Origin: a virus
Length of the DNA stretch: 64,000 nt
Direction: 5' to 3' (one strand)
IMG/VR virus record: IMGVR_UViG_3300024955_000001
Location: 1 to 64,000 of that record
Both the position numbers and the translations under genes were made by a program. The notes below the pieces were generated by a model. That model was not told the origin of the DNA, did no database searches, and saw only the letters and a list, made by a program, of their open reading frames with translations. Shown here in pieces: positions 26,072-35,394 of the stretch (positions are counted from its first letter, which is position 1; every line of letters starts with the position of its first letter).

Positions 26072-28159
26072 TCAAACCTTCTTGGTGATGTCCAGCGCGT
26101 GGGCAACCAGCGGCGGAATGTTGAGACTGCCATCCCACTCCTGCGCCAGCAGCTCGCGGATGATCTTGAGGTCGCCACTCCACAGCGGCGGCGACAGGAC
26201 GCCATTGGCGATGGGGAAAGCGGTTGGCGGCAGGCCCTCGAAAATGACCACGGCGAACGGGTTGTTGCCCGTGCCCGCCAACACTTCCTTGTCCCATACC
26301 CCCTCGTCCTTGAGCTTCTTGGGGTCCACCAGCTCGGGGACGCTCCAGGTCATGTCAGGCTTGCGCCGCAGCGTCTGCACCTTGCGCACGCGCACACGGC
26401 GCGGCCGGTCGGCACCATCGGGCGGCACAGGCGCGGGCGGCATGGTGTACCGGCCCAGGCTGGCGATCCATAGCGAATCGAAGCGGCGGATGTCAAAGCA
26501 CGGCGTCCAGATCCACAGCCCCGTGAACAGATCGAAAACCTCGTATTCCAGGTGCACCACAGTGAGCCGCGTGCCTGGCGGCACATACCCATCAGAGTTC
26601 ACCCGGGCGTCGTTGGTGGTGGCGCGCACCACGCCCGCAGCCAGGAACTGGTCATATTGCGAGCGCACGTCAAACGCCATCGTGCTCAGATCGTGGGGGC
26701 GCACCTCGGGCGGCTCTGCGTTGTGGAACGCGCGGTAGGCGGCAAACCGCTGATAGGTGCCGTTCGCCACCCAGCCGAACAGGCACTTCGGCATGGCGAA
26801 GTCGCGCCCCAGGGGGTGTGGTGCGTCGTGCCCAAACTGGGCCTCGTCAATCGGGTTGTCCGTGATCGGGTCAGGCACTATCGCCTGGCGATCAGCGCCC
26901 GTCACCGTGAAATCGAGATACCGGTCGATGTCATCGCCGTTCGGGCCCGATGCCGTCACCTCGCCCAGGGCAGGCAAGGTGCTTGCGGGCTTGGTCGCAA
27001 TATTCCAGGGGAACTCCAGCATGCGCGCGGCCAGGTGCGGGCTGCTCTGCACACCACCGTCCAGCCATTTGCGCAGCGCAGTCAGCTGGATTGCCCGCTG
27101 CTCGGCACGCAGCTCGGCCATGCCCGGGTACGGGCCCAGTGGTGGGTACATATCGTCAATGGCCTGGCAGGCATCGAGCCACGCCTGGTAGGTGGTGGCC
27201 AGCCACTCTTCGTGCGCAATGCCCCAGGCCTCCACAGCAGCCAAGTAGGCCGCCTCGTAGGTTGCATTCAGGGCTGCGGCGGCGGCCTCCTGCGACTGGT
27301 ATTCAGTCCACAGCGCGGCATTCACCGACACGGCAATCCCGGTCGCTCCGCCGGGCACGAAATCCTTGTACTGCGTTGCGCCAGAAAATGCGTTCGACCC
27401 TGTGCGGATGAAGAAATAGACGTTGGAATAAGGCCCAAGGTTTTCCCCTGGTGTGAAGTCGTCCGGGTTGGCGCCTGCGTTGTTGTATTCCGCGCTGTAG
27501 AACTTGTCCGGGTTCTCAGGGTCGGGCAACGCCATGGGCACGAGCGGCGCATTCACCAGGTCGAACAGGATGGAGCTGGTCCAGGTGAGCGAGCCATCCA
27601 GCGAATAGGTCTCTTCGCCGCCTGCGGTGATGGTGGAGCGATAGGTGATGTTCCGAAAGAAGCTGCCCGGCGCCTCGGGGAAAGACACCACCGCCCCGTA
27701 TTCCTGGCTGAACCGTACGCGCACGATGGGCGCGAACTGCCGCACCGGGAACGGGAGGTCGAACTCGGGCTCTTCGGGGTACGGCGGCTTTTCATCACCG
27801 CTCAGGTCGATGACGGGGCGATCAAAGATCGGCGCGAACCCCAGGTTCACGTAGGCCGGCACGGCAATGAAGGCCTTCCCACCACCGGCCACCGTTGCGG
27901 CAGGCCACACCATCACCCGGTCCTTGCCCTGAATGGACTCCATGAACACGCGCGTACCGTCCGCAAGCACACGGTTCTCGGTCAAGTGCTCACAAATGGA
28001 AGTCGTCTTGCGCTGGCAGAAGGTGGTGTACTCATGGATCACCAGCGCATGCTGTCGGTCGGTCATCACGCCCTCAACCACGATCAGGCGCGGCGGGGTG
28101 GCGCCAGTCACGGGCGCGCCCTCCAGCGTCATCCAGTTGTTGGGCGTGAGCTGGCTCAT
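26072..28159 (-). CDS. Large virion structural protein (tail/nozzle-type position)
   Basis: 695-codon ORF. ATGA coupling to the upstream gene. Confidence 0.7.
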   Translation of the reverse strand: MSQLTPNNWMTLEGAPVTGATPPRLIVVEGVMTDRQHALVIHEYTTFCQRKTTSICEHLTENRVLADGTRVFMESIQGKDRVMVWPAATVAGGGKAFIAVPAYVNLGFAPIFDRPVIDLSGDEKPPYPEEPEFDLPFPVRQFAPIVRVRFSQEYGAVVSFPEAPGSFFRNITYRSTITAGGEETYSLDGSLTWTSSILFDLVNAPLVPMALPDPENPDKFYSAEYNNAGANPDDFTPGENLGPYSNVYFFIRTGSNAFSGATQYKDFVPGGATGIAVSVNAALWTEYQSQEAAAAALNATYEAAYLAAVEAWGIAHEEWLATTYQAWLDACQAIDDMYPPLGPYPGMAELRAEQRAIQLTALRKWLDGGVQSSPHLAARMLEFPWNIATKPASTLPALGEVTASGPNGDDIDRYLDFTVTGADRQAIVPDPITDNPIDEAQFGHDAPHPLGRDFAMPKCLFGWVANGTYQRFAAYRAFHNAEPPEVRPHDLSTMAFDVRSQYDQFLAAGVVRATTNDARVNSDGYVPPGTRLTVVHLEYEVFDLFTGLWIWTPCFDIRRFDSLWIASLGRYTMPPAPVPPDGADRPRRVRVRKVQTLRRKPDMTWSVPELVDPKKLKDEGVWDKEVLAGTGNNPFAVVIFEGLPPTAFPIANGVLSPPLWSGDLKIIRELLAQEWDGSLNIPPLVAHALDITKKV

Positions 28160-29328
28160 TGCTGGGCCACCGCGATGTACTGGGGAATCCCATTGACCTT
28201 GCGGAAGGTGGCGGCTACCTCCCGCACGTCCGTGGTGTACCGATTGGCGCTCAGGTGCGACAGGCTGCCGCCATCGAAGCCCGCGACGATCTCGCCGCCT
28301 GCAATGCAGATCATGGCCCGGCCAGCACCTGCGCCGTCGCCCGCCTTGACCTGATCGCCGCTCACCGGCACGCCGGAACCCAGCACCACGCGGCCATCCA
28401 TGACCTTGTCGTAGGCCAGGGAGTCGAAGTCCACACCGCCCAGGAAAGCCAGCTCAGTGCCCGTCCCCACGTAGATCCCGCTCTTGACCGGCTCCACCAG
28501 GGTGATGTCGGAGCTGAACTGCTTGAAGTCCTTGCGGGGGTCGAACAATTCCCACTGGTGGGGGCGCGAGGCATAGAGCACCTTGCCCACCGCGATGAGG
28601 GCCCGGCCGCGCCAGAAGGCCAGGCAGATTCCCGCAGGTGCAGGCACTAACCCGTCCGTGGCATATGGGGTCACGAGCGCATCATTGGCGCCCAGATAGC
28701 TGAAACTGTTGGTCAGCGTGCTGCCCGCCAGGTGTGCGGATGTGCCATTGGCACCGGTCAGGTACACGTTGATCTTGTAGCCCTCCCGCTGTGGCAGGTT
28801 CATCAACAGCAGGCCGCCATCGGGCAATTGCACCGGCGCGCTCCACAGGCCCGCGCCTTCGAGGCCATCGAGCAGGCGCACATAGGTAAGGACGTAGCGA
28901 TACTCGCCGGGGTGCAATGCGCCGGCCACGGGCGATGCGGCACCTGCCCTATCAGGCTCTGGCACACCCCACTCGGTCGCCACCTTGCCATCGGTGAGCC
29001 CGCGGATCAGGCCGTTGGAAAACGCCGTGCGCCCATCGGGAAAATTGCAGTACCAGACCCGCGCACTGCCCAGGGCTGGGTGAAGGACTGTCTTGGCACT
29101 ATCGGGCGCAATGCCCACCAAGGCACCTTCTGCGGTGGCCAGCTTAAAGCCAACGCCTTCGTGCAAGTTCTTGTGGCACCCATCGGCCGCCACCGAATAC
29201 CCGCCGCGCCGCCACACCTCGCCCGTGAGCCCAATGTCCACGTTCGTTGCCACGGTCAAATCCGTGGTGTCCAGCCGCTCCTGAGGTACCACGTTGTTGA
29301 TGCCCGAAAACTTCTCCAGCGTCAGCAT
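28156..29328 (-). CDS. Virion structural protein
   Basis: 390-codon ORF with overlapping start and stop on both sides. Confidence 0.7.
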   Translation of the reverse strand: MLTLEKFSGINNVVPQERLDTTDLTVATNVDIGLTGEVWRRGGYSVAADGCHKNLHEGVGFKLATAEGALVGIAPDSAKTVLHPALGSARVWYCNFPDGRTAFSNGLIRGLTDGKVATEWGVPEPDRAGAASPVAGALHPGEYRYVLTYVRLLDGLEGAGLWSAPVQLPDGGLLLMNLPQREGYKINVYLTGANGTSAHLAGSTLTNSFSYLGANDALVTPYATDGLVPAPAGICLAFWRGRALIAVGKVLYASRPHQWELFDPRKDFKQFSSDITLVEPVKSGIYVGTGTELAFLGGVDFDSLAYDKVMDGRVVLGSGVPVSGDQVKAGDGAGAGRAMICIAGGEIVAGFDGGSLSHLSANRYTTDVREVAATFRKVNGIPQYIAVAQQ

Positions 29329-30512
29329 GGAAGGCTCCCCAGAACAATGCGGCCAAAGCGGCCGCGTCCGACGACAGGAAATGCGCGATAGGTCCAGCGC
29401 CCAGTCACAGCGCCCAGCTGACCACCACCAAACCCGCTGACCTCGTGCGATGAGCTGGCAAAGGCCCGTGGCTTGCCCAATGCACCGCCAGAGAACCCCG
29501 CTACGGGCTGGATCAGGACGGCGGTAGGCCGCCCCACGGCACCACGGTGCACGGGCTTGACGGCGCCCGCCATCGCCAGGCCGACAACACCAAAGGCGCC
29601 CGCCTGCAGTCCCTGCACTGGCAGGATCTGCGCAACCCGCACGGGGCCGAACGAGCCACTGCGCAGGCCTGTGACTTCGGGCTCTACCACGGCCGACATA
29701 GCCACAGCGCCAAAAGCACTGCCACGAATTCCCGCCACATAGCCCGCCTGGTTGGTGGGTCCGGTCACGCCACCGGGGACCGAGATCCAGCCGAAGCGGC
29801 CAGTCTTGAATCCCCGCACATTGGCGCCCTGGTTGGTGCGCAGCACCACGCGGCCAAATGCTGATGCGGCCTGCAGCCCAGACACATCGCCCTTTTGCAC
29901 CAGGCGCGGGCTGCCAAAGCTGGCCGACTTGAACCCTGAAATGATGGGCGGATAGTCAATGGTCGGCGTGCCCAGGGCCGCGCTCTTGAAGCCCGTCACC
30001 AGCAGCACCGGGTCAGACGATCCGAAGCCCGCTTCATAGCCTGCGGGAACCGTGCCCACAAAGGCCGATCCGCCAAAATTGGCAGTGATCTGCACCGGAC
30101 CGGATGCGTCCACCTGAGCGATGCACGGCCCCCAAGCTGGCGGCAGGCCCGGGTCGCGGGCCACGCTGGTCAGCGTTTTCCACACCGTGCCATTGCGAGT
30201 CACTACCAGGGTGCCGGCAGCCACATCAAAAGCAAAGCCCAGCACATCCCCCTCATCGAGGGTGCTGACACTGCCGGACCAAAACAGGCCCGACTCGGAG
30301 GCCGAATCGGCATCTACGCCGATCTTCAATGTGGAGCCCGAGGGGAACAGGTCGAGCGTGTATTGCCAATAGAACAGCCCATCATCCCTACCCGCCACGG
30401 TGCGAACACCGTTGGCGTAGTAGTTGGAGGTCGAGTAGATCAGCCCACCGCCTGAGATAGCGGCATTCGGGCCTGCGCCGCTGGCGTCCCAGGTGGTCGG
30501 GGTCAAGGGCAT
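29322..30512 (-). CDS. Virion protein with SPRY/concanavalin-like N-terminus and about 10 short G-[FL]-x-[ST]-x-x-FG repeats
   Basis: N-terminus GLFYWQYTL..LKIGVDA..GDVLGFAFDVAAGTLVVTRNG. Repeats include GFKSAALGTP, GFKSASFGSP, GFKTGRFGW, GIRGSAFGAV, GLRSGSFGPV, GLQAGAFGVV and GFSGGALGKP. Confidence 0.65.
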   Translation of the reverse strand: MPLTPTTWDASGAGPNAAISGGGLIYSTSNYYANGVRTVAGRDDGLFYWQYTLDLFPSGSTLKIGVDADSASESGLFWSGSVSTLDEGDVLGFAFDVAAGTLVVTRNGTVWKTLTSVARDPGLPPAWGPCIAQVDASGPVQITANFGGSAFVGTVPAGYEAGFGSSDPVLLVTGFKSAALGTPTIDYPPIISGFKSASFGSPRLVQKGDVSGLQAASAFGRVVLRTNQGANVRGFKTGRFGWISVPGGVTGPTNQAGYVAGIRGSAFGAVAMSAVVEPEVTGLRSGSFGPVRVAQILPVQGLQAGAFGVVGLAMAGAVKPVHRGAVGRPTAVLIQPVAGFSGGALGKPRAFASSSHEVSGFGGGQLGAVTGRWTYRAFPVVGRGRFGRIVLGSLPC

Positions 30513-30522
30513 GGCCGCCCTC

Positions 30523-30927
30523 TTAAAGCGAGTAGATCTTCAACGGGCCGTTGTCAAACTGGGGCGAAATGTCGCCGCCGTTGGTGGACAGCGGGAAGCC
30601 CGTCACCTCATCGATGTAGAAGATGAGGGGCGACGTGCCCGCCACGCCGGTGTCTTTGTAGATCACCAGTGCCTTGGCGGTGCTGCCCGCAGCGATGGAG
30701 GCCCACACAGGGTCATCTGCATCGAAGGTGCCATTGGCCACCACTTTGTTTGCAAGCGTCTGGTTGGTGCCGATAGTGTTGGCGCCCAGGTCCGAAAGGA
30801 ACTCGTGCACATCCAAAGATGGGGCGTAACCAATGCCGACCAGAGCAACCTTGAAGGGATCAGTTGCGAAATTGATTTGGGCCGTGAGGATGCGGTTCTT
30901 CCCCTTGGTGTAAACGTCGTTGGCCAT
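30523..30927 (-). CDS. Hypothetical virion protein
   Basis: 134-codon ORF with a strong GGAGGAAG RBS. Confidence 0.7.
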   Translation of the reverse strand: MANDVYTKGKNRILTAQINFATDPFKVALVGIGYAPSLDVHEFLSDLGANTIGTNQTLANKVVANGTFDADDPVWASIAAGSTAKALVIYKDTGVAGTSPLIFYIDEVTGFPLSTNGGDISPQFDNGPLKIYSL

Positions 30928-30983
30928 GGTGCTTCCTCCGATGGAAATAATGGATAGATGTGTCAGTCAGCCGCGCGCAGGGC

Positions 30984-31679
30984 TCACGGCAGAATCGCCT
31001 CGTTGTGGTGCGGGACATCCTCACGAGTGACGCGGCGCATGTCGCTGTCCGGCATCGGGCCAAAGTACGCGGTGAACGCGCGCTCGGCCTTCTCCGCGCG
31101 CACTGGGTCGTACACCTCGGAATCGGGTACGCTGAAAGCCCGGTGCAGAGCCCACTGAATCAGGTGCTCGTGGTGCGCGGCATGGATCTCGGGGGAAGCG
31201 GTATCGTTGTCGGCGGTCAGCTTCTTGAGAGGAAGGCGGTAGGCCTCAATGGTCAGCGTGCCGTCCTCACCTGGCACCGGCACGATGCGCACCGAAGTGT
31301 CGTTTTGCACCAGGTAGCGCTGCTCATCCCGGGTGTACTGCCAGTCGTCAGCATCGCGCCACTCCGGGTAGTTGGCGTCCAGCCACTCCCGCGACTTGAG
31401 CGAGAACTTGCAAGGGCGCCCACCTGCAGCGGCGGGACGGAAGCCGGTACGCACCAGCTCGTACACCGTGGGGTGCAGCTTGTAGGTATGGCGGCCAGCT
31501 ACGACCGCCACCTCACAAATGGCCGGGTTTGCATCCTCCACCAGCAGGCGGCCACGCACGGCGGCTTGGGCCTGGGCATCGTTCAGCCAGTCCGTGATGT
31601 CTTCGTCAGACCACAGGTACGGCTTCACTTTGTCTTCCGCCAGAACGCGGAAGCGGCGGATCAAATCGGCCAGCGTCAT
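30984..31679 (-). CDS. Head-tail adaptor / head-completion candidate
   Basis: 231-codon ORF in the adaptor position after the capsid genes (MTLADLIRRFRVLAEDKVKPYLWSDEDITDWLNDAQ). Confidence 0.55.
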   Translation of the reverse strand: MTLADLIRRFRVLAEDKVKPYLWSDEDITDWLNDAQAQAAVRGRLLVEDANPAICEVAVVAGRHTYKLHPTVYELVRTGFRPAAAGGRPCKFSLKSREWLDANYPEWRDADDWQYTRDEQRYLVQNDTSVRIVPVPGEDGTLTIEAYRLPLKKLTADNDTASPEIHAAHHEHLIQWALHRAFSVPDSEVYDPVRAEKAERAFTAYFGPMPDSDMRRVTREDVPHHNEAILP

Positions 31680-32143
31680 CAGTTGAGCCCGCCCTGCACC
31701 AGCGCTGTGACCTGGTTGCGCAGGTCATCGGCCTTGTCCTTCATGTCCAGCTTCACGCCGTAGTTCGCCTTGGCGAAGTCCGACAAGGCGTTCTTGGTCA
31801 TGTGCGACACCTCCAGCAGCGTCGCCTCGATCTGCTCGCTGGCCTGCTTCTCGCGCAGCAGCTGCTCGGTGGTTGCCTTTTGGGCCTGGGCCAGTGCAGC
31901 AGCGTTGTCGTCCTTGCTGTCATCGGTCTTAGAGGTCGGCTCCGTGCCCGCCTTGTCGGACTTCTCAGCCTTGGCGGCCTTCTTGGCGACAGCGGGCACG
32001 CGCTTGAACTCCAGGTAGCGCATCAGCAACTTGGCATCCACCTCGGACACCAGCTTTTCCTCGCCCGGCTCCCAAGCGTTACGCATGGGGGTACGGTCGG
32101 TGTACGGGGATGTGCCCTCGTAGCGGATCAACTCAAATTTCAT
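31679..32143 (-). CDS. Hypothetical head-module protein with a Lys/Ala/Asp-rich centre
   Basis: 154-codon ORF with a GGAGG RBS. ATGA coupling downstream. Confidence 0.65.
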   Translation of the reverse strand: MKFELIRYEGTSPYTDRTPMRNAWEPGEEKLVSEVDAKLLMRYLEFKRVPAVAKKAAKAEKSDKAGTEPTSKTDDSKDDNAAALAQAQKATTEQLLREKQASEQIEATLLEVSHMTKNALSDFAKANYGVKLDMKDKADDLRNQVTALVQGGLN

Positions 32144-32149
32144 TGGAGC

Positions 32150-32182
32150 CTCCAGAAAAGGAGACAGGCCGGTTTCCCGGCC
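32150..32182 (-). terminator. Hairpin with GAAA loop and U-rich tail after the decoration-like gene (attenuator candidate)
   Basis: The mRNA reads GGCCGG-GAAA-CCGGCC-UGUCUCCUUUUCU. Confidence 0.4.
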
Positions 32183-32191
32183 CGCCGTTCC

Positions 32192-32671
32192 TTACTTCAC
32201 GCCTTCGGCAATGCCGTAGATCACGACTTCGATTTCCGAAGCCTTGTCGTTGCCCACCGTCTTGACGGTCAGCAGCAGATTGGCATCCTTCGGCAGGACG
32301 ATGCTGGGGTTGGTGGTCGCATTGCGCAGACGGGCTGCGGTGGCGATAGCCAGGCCGGCGCCGAAGTAGTCCGCGTCCTGCGGCACAGCGGCGTCATCCA
32401 CTCCGTCCTTGTAGGCAAAGCCCAAGTCGCCGGTGGCAGTGGCCTTCATGCCCGTCACCACAGTGACCTGGCTGTCAATGAAACGGAAACCGGAGGGCAG
32501 ATGGCCCAGGTTCACGATGTCATTGGCAGCAATGGCCGCAGTGGAGTCGGAGTTGATGACGGCGCCAGTAGCGCCGGTTTTGACGACATAGCGCAGCGCC
32601 GTGAGATTGCCCCAGGGCGTATTGCCCAGGTGTACGCCGTAGCCGACGCTCTTGACTTTGATGGTTGCCAT
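32192..32671 (-). CDS. Capsid decoration-like / second head protein
   Basis: 159-codon beta-rich ORF directly after the major capsid gene, with a GGAGG RBS. Confidence 0.55.
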   Translation of the reverse strand: MATIKVKSVGYGVHLGNTPWGNLTALRYVVKTGATGAVINSDSTAAIAANDIVNLGHLPSGFRFIDSQVTVVTGMKATATGDLGFAYKDGVDDAAVPQDADYFGAGLAIATAARLRNATTNPSIVLPKDANLLLTVKTVGNDKASEIEVVIYGIAEGVK

Positions 32672-32708
32672 GGGTGGCCTCCGTTCTTGAATTGAGGGGG
32701 ATGGGGGC

Positions 32709-32727
32709 GGGGCGCACGTGGCGCCCC
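32709..32727 (-). other. 7-bp GC stem-loop just downstream of the major capsid gene (no U-tract)
   Basis: GGGGCGC-NNNNN-GCGCCCC, 10 nt after capsid stop 32738. Confidence 0.35.
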
Positions 32728-32737
32728 GCGTGGCCTA

Positions 32738-34033
32738 TCAGCGTTCGCCCGGGATGAGCTTCACCACGGTGTCGATGGCCATAGGGCCGATGTCGGTCCA
32801 GTGCTTGGTACCGTCGCCCTGGTCCACCGCAAAGCGCACCTTCTGCAGGCCCTGGATCACGCCGATCATCAGTTCGCGCTTGTCCTTGTGGTCGAAGGTT
32901 TCTTCGTTCCAGAAGAACGGCATGCCCGACAGGCCAGAGGCCGCGAAGGCTTGCATCAGCGACTGACCGCCCAGCAGGATCGCGCGGTCCACCGCGTGGG
33001 TGTTGGTGAACGACGCAGGCACCACGCACGAGCTTTCAGCTTCCGAGGTGAAGCTGTTGGCGTAGCGGATGGTGTTGCCCGCATAGAAGCGCACCGGCTT
33101 GGGCTGCTTGAGCAGCAGAATGCCGTTCCACAGACCAGCCTCGCCCAGGAACAGGGGGTGACGCTTCGCGTTCGATGCGCGGTTGAGGGCCGCCACCTGG
33201 AACTTGCGGAAAGCATCGTCCTGCGAGAAGGCGTGGTACTGCGCTGGGGACAGCAGCAGAGCGCGCAGAGGCTCATCCTCGGCAGCCACGTCGCCGGGAA
33301 TCTTCACGGCGGGAGGTGGCATCGCAATGGACTCGATGAGCGTGCGGATCGCGTCCACCACGGTCATGTTCAGGTCGTCAGTGGTTGCCAGCGATGCCTC
33401 GCCAGCGTTCACGGTGAAGGCCTTGACGCCGTTGGTGCCGTCCGCCATGTAGTGGCGGTTCTTGGTGGGAACCTTGACCGGGTTCACCAGCAGCTCAGCG
33501 AACTCGGGATCTTCCTCGGTGGGCAGGCGCCACTCGATGTTGTCGTGGAAACCACGAGCACCGGCCAAGTGGGTCAGGATCGACTGGTCGAGGTAGGCGT
33601 TGGCATCGGCCTGCGCCACTGGGCGTGCCAGCTTGGTGAAGTCCACAGCCGAACGCAGGTTCGTCATGGTGTCGCCCAGCTTCACGGGGATACGCGCCTG
33701 GTCAACGCGGGTGCGGGCCTTGTCGTACGCGAAGCCCTTGCCCTTACCCTCGGCCATGCGCGAGCCCATGATGGGGCGGCGCTTCGACGGCTGAACGAAG
33801 TGGAATTCCACCTCGTCACCCATGCCGCGAGACAAATCCATGCACTTCACGATGGGGAAATCGGAGCTGGACTGCTTGCGGATCATTTCCGCGACCTTGC
33901 CCTCGCCCTTGGGCAGAGGACCGGAGAGTTGGCCAAGGCGCGACAGGCGGTTTTCGGCCAGGGCAAACATGCCGGCAGACTGGACAAACTGCGCCTTATC
34001 GGAACCGGCCGGTACGTGGCTGTTCATGGTCAT
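32738..34033 (-). CDS. Major capsid protein (N4-gp56/DUF4043-like by recollection)
   Basis: ORF 32738..34048 trimmed to ATG 34033 (GAAGGAGG RBS). 431 aa, positioned after the scaffold gene. Confidence 0.8.
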   Translation of the reverse strand: MTMNSHVPAGSDKAQFVQSAGMFALAENRLSRLGQLSGPLPKGEGKVAEMIRKQSSSDFPIVKCMDLSRGMGDEVEFHFVQPSKRRPIMGSRMAEGKGKGFAYDKARTRVDQARIPVKLGDTMTNLRSAVDFTKLARPVAQADANAYLDQSILTHLAGARGFHDNIEWRLPTEEDPEFAELLVNPVKVPTKNRHYMADGTNGVKAFTVNAGEASLATTDDLNMTVVDAIRTLIESIAMPPPAVKIPGDVAAEDEPLRALLLSPAQYHAFSQDDAFRKFQVAALNRASNAKRHPLFLGEAGLWNGILLLKQPKPVRFYAGNTIRYANSFTSEAESSCVVPASFTNTHAVDRAILLGGQSLMQAFAASGLSGMPFFWNEETFDHKDKRELMIGVIQGLQKVRFAVDQGDGTKHWTDIGPMAIDTVVKLIPGER

Positions 34034-34090
34034 AGTGACCTCCTTCAATGGGACGGGGGCGGCTCATCACGAGCGGCCCGGTTTCAAAAA

Positions 34091-35134
34091 CTAAACGGCG
34101 TTCATCACGCGCTCGATCTGCTCGGGCGACATGTCTTGCATGCGCTCCAGGAGCGCATTGGGGTTGGTACCGGCCGAAGCCAGAACCTGTTGGGCGATGT
34201 CCTGGTGCTGCTCACCCGCGATCTCCGACAGCGAGTTGGGGACGCGGCGTTGCACCTCCGGTGCCTTGCCCTTGTCCTGAGCGGCAGGCGCTGCGGCCAT
34301 ACCGGTCTGCGCCTTGAACGTGTCAAAAACTTCGATAACTTGCGCAGCAGTGCCGCCCGTTTCCGGGTGGAGCACCGCATCCACGGCGCCGCGCTGGAAG
34401 CCCGGCAAGCCGTTGACCCAGGCCTTGAACTCAACCGACTGCACGATCTCGTTGGCATCGGGATGCTTTTCGTAGATCGCGCCGTAGTGCTCGTCCTTGA
34501 CCTCCTTGGCCTCGCGGTCCTTGATAGGCTTCAACTCGCGGGCGGCTTCTTCGCGCAGCTCGGCGCGAAGTTCCTCACGCAGCTCCTCGCGGGTGCGCCC
34601 CATCAGGGCGGCGATGCCCTTGGCGATGCCTTCCTCCGAGAAGTCACCGAACAGGGATGCATCCACACCCTGCCCCATGGCGGTCTTCGCGGCTTCAAGG
34701 TTCTGGTCGGCCTGGGTCTGCGCCTTCCCGGCATCCGCTCGGGCTTGGGCTTTGTCCTCGGCCTGTTCCAGGTTCGCCTGCTGCTTGGCGTTCAGCTCAG
34801 CCAGCTGTGCGCGCAGGGACTCGTTTTCACCTTCCAGAGACTTCACGCGCTCGCGTGACTGCTCCAACTTCTCGTAGGGAATGGTGTAAGCGCCAGACTT
34901 GCTGGCAATCGGCGCGCCCTTGGGCTCGTCGTCTTCGGTGGTACCAGCGCCGCCCGTGGCCTTGCCCTGGTCAGCCGCGCCGGTCTTGGCAGCATCCGCT
35001 GCGCCTTCGGCGTTGTTGTCCTTGGGGTCTTCCTGGGTGGTCGTGGTGGTGGTCGTACCTTCGCCAGCGCCATCGTCATCCAACGACTCGCCGCTGAGGG
35101 CCTTTTCAAGAAGTTCGGCAGGTGTGAGTGCCAT
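34091..35134 (-). CDS. Scaffolding protein
   Basis: Acidic, low-complexity N-terminus (TTTTTTTQEDPKD). Long coiled coil. Position between portal and capsid genes. Confidence 0.75.
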   Translation of the reverse strand: MALTPAELLEKALSGESLDDDGAGEGTTTTTTTQEDPKDNNAEGAADAAKTGAADQGKATGGAGTTEDDEPKGAPIASKSGAYTIPYEKLEQSRERVKSLEGENESLRAQLAELNAKQQANLEQAEDKAQARADAGKAQTQADQNLEAAKTAMGQGVDASLFGDFSEEGIAKGIAALMGRTREELREELRAELREEAARELKPIKDREAKEVKDEHYGAIYEKHPDANEIVQSVEFKAWVNGLPGFQRGAVDAVLHPETGGTAAQVIEVFDTFKAQTGMAAAPAAQDKGKAPEVQRRVPNSLSEIAGEQHQDIAQQVLASAGTNPNALLERMQDMSPEQIERVMNAV

Positions 35135-35243
35135 TTGCTGCGTGCTCCATCCCAGCTATCCGGCTGGGCCTGACTGGGCATGCGGTCGAGGGTTGGCCAG
35201 GGCCATCGCCCCGGCTTTCCGCTCTCCTGCTGCGGGATATGCG

Positions 35244-35285
35244 CCGCTTCACAGCGGTGCGGTTTCGCCCGGCGCTTCACAGCGG
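35244..35285 (-). promoter_or_regulatory. Twin CGCU-GUGA-AGCG hairpins in the scaffold 5' leader
   Basis: CCGCTTCACAGCGG at 35244-35257 and GCGCTTCACAGCGG at 35272-35285 (plus strand). Both carry GNRA loops on the mRNA strand. Confidence 0.45.
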
Positions 35286-35328
35286 GGGGCTTGGAACAAG
35301 TATTCCCAGGTGTGGCAAAAACCCTCTG

Positions 35329-35340
35329 CCCTATGCTGGG
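35329..35340 (-). repeat. Late-module motif copy 5 (coding strand CCCAGCATAGGG)
   Basis: Begins 7 nt after the terminator U-run. Lies 194 nt upstream of scaffold ATG 35134. Confidence 0.6.
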
Positions 35341-35346
35341 TAGGCG

Positions 35347-35372
35347 CAAAAAAGCCGCCTCAGTGGGCGGCT
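35347..35372 (-). terminator. Rho-independent terminator inside the head module
   Basis: The mRNA reads GCCGCC-CACUGA-GGCGGC-UUUUUU, 23 nt after stop 35395. Confidence 0.75.
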
Positions 35373-35394
35373 TTCTGGGGTTCGCGGTGGGCGC

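Noticed and set aside
22850-26473. A 1,207-aa plus-strand ORF, and similar ones at 26552..28354, 32801..34858, 36689..39208 and 39735..40709.
   Set aside because: For the same reason: they are antisense shadows of well-supported structural, portal and terminase genes. They have no RBS or start context and junk-like composition.
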